Source: an uncultured Acidimicrobiia bacterium (GTDB taxonomy: Bacteria > Acidobacteriota > Terriglobia > Versatilivoradales > Versatilivoraceae). Taken from it: a DNA stretch of 64,000 nucleotides. The DNA lies in NCBI GenBank assembly GCA_963786955.1, contig CAWBAT010000008.1, forward strand, positions 512,001-576,000, given 5' to 3'. Shown one piece after another: positions 61,686 through 64,000 of the stretch; position 1 is the first letter of the stretch, and the number at the start of each line of letters is the position of its first letter. The position numbers were made by a program, and so were the translations under genes. Under the pieces are notes generated by a model, which saw nothing but the letters and a program-made list of their open reading frames with translations, was not told where the DNA came from and did no database searches.

Positions 61686-62174
61686 ATGTTCTCCGGCAAA
61701 TTGGTTGATACTATTGTCAAGCATTCCGACGACATCATGCGGCTCGTCATCAAGCGTATCAGGGAGGATCCTGACCTGAAGTACATCGGCTCTCTCTCTG
61801 ATGCGGAACTCCTGGAGCGGGGGCACCATATCCTGGAAAGGATGGAGATGTGGCTGAATCCGGCTAAACGAAAAGTGCTGGAGAGGGATTACGAGGAACT
61901 GGGAAGACGGCGCTTCGAACAGTCGGTTCCTTTACACGAATCGGTGCGGGCATTGCTTCTGATCAGAAGTCAGGCCATCGAATACGTCTTCCAGCAGGGT
62001 TTTGACCAGAGTTCATTGGAAATCCATGCTGAGCGTGAATTGGAACACTGGCTGGCCAATTTTTTCGATTTCCTGGTCTACCATCTGGTCAAAGGCTACG
62101 AAGCCGCACTTCGTGAGTTGCCGTCGGTTCCTTCAACACCCCATCACGAACCTTATCCTTTCTGGGTGCCGTAA
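61686..62174 (+). CDS. Hypothetical alpha-helical protein (RsbRD-N / HisK-N sensor-like)
   Basis: LV..I..H.D.I, Y..LG.RR..Q..PL.E, FFD..VY....GYE pattern. GGAGG RBS. Confidence 0.65.
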   Translation: MFSGKLVDTIVKHSDDIMRLVIKRIREDPDLKYIGSLSDAELLERGHHILERMEMWLNPAKRKVLERDYEELGRRRFEQSVPLHESVRALLLIRSQAIEYVFQQGFDQSSLEIHAERELEHWLANFFDFLVYHLVKGYEAALRELPSVPSTPHHEPYPFWVP

Positions 62175-62255
62175 GTCAGGACTGCGATATCAGAAATTTG
62201 ATGATGTATCGCAAGAAGCGGCGCCGCGTGAGGTTGGGGCATTGAGAAAGCCCCC

Positions 62256-63056
62256 TGGAGTTTGGACGTTTTGGAGTGCAGTAGCTTGCTACCGCTTTCT
62301 GGATCACAGCACGCGTAGCGCAGACGCGAAGTCCCCCTTCGAAGGGGGTGCCGCTTTGCGGCGGGGGATGTAAAGGGTAAGTGGCATTGAATATTGCAGG
62401 TCTCATACTGCAGCTTTTAAAGCCGCAGAGGCAGAAAGCACCTCTGCGCTACGACCTCTACTGCACCCAATCTATTCTGACCATGAATTCCCTAGCCAGT
62501 TTCTGTCGCGAAGTTCGGCAATAACGTTCCCCTCCTTGGTTAAGGAGGGGCAGCCGCAGCTACAGGCAACGGCGGGGTGGTTCGAACAATCCTGGAAAGG
62601 CCAAGCAATTATCGGTATTGCGAGAACGCGCAGCGCGCCTGCCGCACGGCGCGCCACAACCCCTCCTCAGCCGAGGAGGGGAGTATTCATGCAACCCTGC
62701 AGTTTCGCGACAAAAGCTAGTTACAGGGATTCAATTTCTCTATTTGATAGTTAAGTGTCGGATTCCCCATTTGTGTGACAGCGCGGGGGAGATTAGTTCT
62801 TGGTAGACTGCTGCGTTGTCCGTTTCCAGAATTCGCAACTGAGCAGCGTTCTCCGCACTGGCTCCTAACTCACAATTCTCATCACGAATTGGATTTCCTG
62901 GGAGCGCGGGCGTCCCGCCCGCAGTGGCGCCCTTTTAGGCCGCTTGGGGGCAGGTGAGGACGCCTGCACTACAAGTTCGTAGTACCGCCTTCAGGCGGTG
63001 ATGTTCCGGACCGGCTAAAGCCGGGACTACAAACGTGCACAAATGTCCAAACTCCA
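62256..63056. repeat. Nest of REP/REPIN- and MITE-like palindromic elements
   Basis: Bounded by inverted TGGAGTTTGGAC / GTCCAAACTCCA. Contains the CCCCTCCTTGGTTAAGGAGGGG pair, GCGGGCGTCCCGCCCGC, and GTAGTACCGCCTTCAGGCGG...CCGGCTAAAGCCGGGACTAC. Confidence 0.75.
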
Positions 63057-63211
63057 AGCGCAGGCTTCCAGCCTGCGTCTTGCCGCATTTAACCCGACCT
63101 GCTACGAGCAACGGGAAGGGACAGAGCCGGCAAGATGCCGGCGTTCTCAGGGGATGCCAGTCGTTGATTGTGCCGGGACTATGCTGCGGGTTTTTAGAGA
63201 ATTGATTGAGG

Positions 63212-63237
63212 AGAAGGGGGCTGTGAAGCCCCCTTCT
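63212..63237. terminator. Perfect 11-bp hairpin downstream of the last gene (terminator-like)
   Basis: AGAAGGGGGCT-GTGA-AGCCCCCTTCT. No strong U-tract. Confidence 0.4.
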
Positions 63238-63307
63238 GCCGATGTGATAGGCGATTTCGATTTAAGTCGTGTGTCCCGGAATTACGGCGCTCGCAGCGGG
63301 TTAACCC

Positions 63308-64000
63308 TTACGGCTTGGTGACCGTAATCTTGAACGGCATCTTGTATTTGCCATATACGTAGGTCGTGCCGCCATTTGGAGTGTTGAGGAGATCGGCCCA
63401 CTCGCCGTTGCCAAGTGAATAATCAAAATCTCCACTCGGCGTCGTATAGTCGGAGAAAATGTAGGCTTGGTCGTCGGGTTCGAGTATCCACGTGTTCGCG
63501 TTGGGGTGATAAACCTTTATGAGAGCAGTGTCGTTCGCGAGTTGGCTCGATCCATCTACAGGTGAGTTCTGGAATCGGAGGCCATAGCTCCCAGCCAATC
63601 CAAAGCCGACATTCCTTCTGGCGAAGTACCCCCCACCATCCGAACTGCAAGGGGCGTAATTATCTTGTCGGTTACCATCTGAATTTAGCGCCACAATTTT
63701 GCCGTCTGTGCTCCTCACCACGCCTCCATTGCACCAGTTGGTATAAGCTGTACCTCCATCCGTAACGGGCACGCTGGCAATCCGATCGAAGTTGAAATCC
63801 CAGGCAGTCGTAGTCCCTATCGGAAGACCGATGACGTTGATTTTGCGATTCGAGGCACCAGTACCCAGGTTCATCACAAGGTCGTAGGTACAGTTGCTAA
63901 CCTGGAACGCAAGACTGGTTTTGCTAGTATTAACGTATGGGCCTTTCCCGTCAGAGAGGATGCTGTTGCCAGCGGAACCATCGATGGTAACCGTTAGGCT
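63308..64000 (-). CDS. Hypothetical, probably secreted beta-rich protein (5' end beyond window)
   Basis: Frame is open to base 64000 (SLTVTIDGSAGNSILSDGKGPY...). Rich in G/S/T/N with several cysteines. Confidence 0.7.
   Translation of the reverse strand, partial: SLTVTIDGSAGNSILSDGKGPYVNTSKTSLAFQVSNCTYDLVMNLGTGASNRKINVIGLPIGTTTAWDFNFDRIASVPVTDGGTAYTNWCNGGVVRSTDGKIVALNSDGNRQDNYAPCSSDGGGYFARRNVGFGLAGSYGLRFQNSPVDGSSQLANDTALIKVYHPNANTWILEPDDQAYIFSDYTTPSGDFDYSLGNGEWADLLNTPNGGTTYVYGKYKMPFKITVTKP

Overview
Bacterial DNA, most likely Acidobacteriota (inferred from the carboxypeptidase-like-domain TonB-dependent receptor, many Tat-exported hydrolases and REP-like intergenic palindromes). Bases ~1-47,000 form a large carbohydrate-catabolic region. 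It contains a non-encapsulated B12-dependent diol dehydratase with fused alpha/beta subunits and a natural Gln336->Ala change, and a kinase-free oxidative sugar-acid enzyme set (AKR/SDR, lactonases, IlvD/Edd and enolase-type dehydratases, HpcH aldolase). It also holds a divergent PUL-like locus (TonB receptor plus five poorly characterised glycoside-hydrolase-like proteins, three SGNH paralogues, two MFS paralogues), a ROK regulator and an acetoin-dehydrogenase-like acoC-A-B set. The region ends at an isolated 3' half of tRNA-fMet preceded by GGAACAA direct repeats and a lytic-transglycosylase remnant, which looks like the attR end of an integrated island. To the right lie a hypothetical protein, a decayed rve transposase, an alpha-mannosidase module (GH38, RhaT, GH92) and a nest of REP/MITE-like repeats. 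Three single-base homopolymer frameshifts are probably sequencing errors. All family calls were made by eye from motifs; no searches were run.
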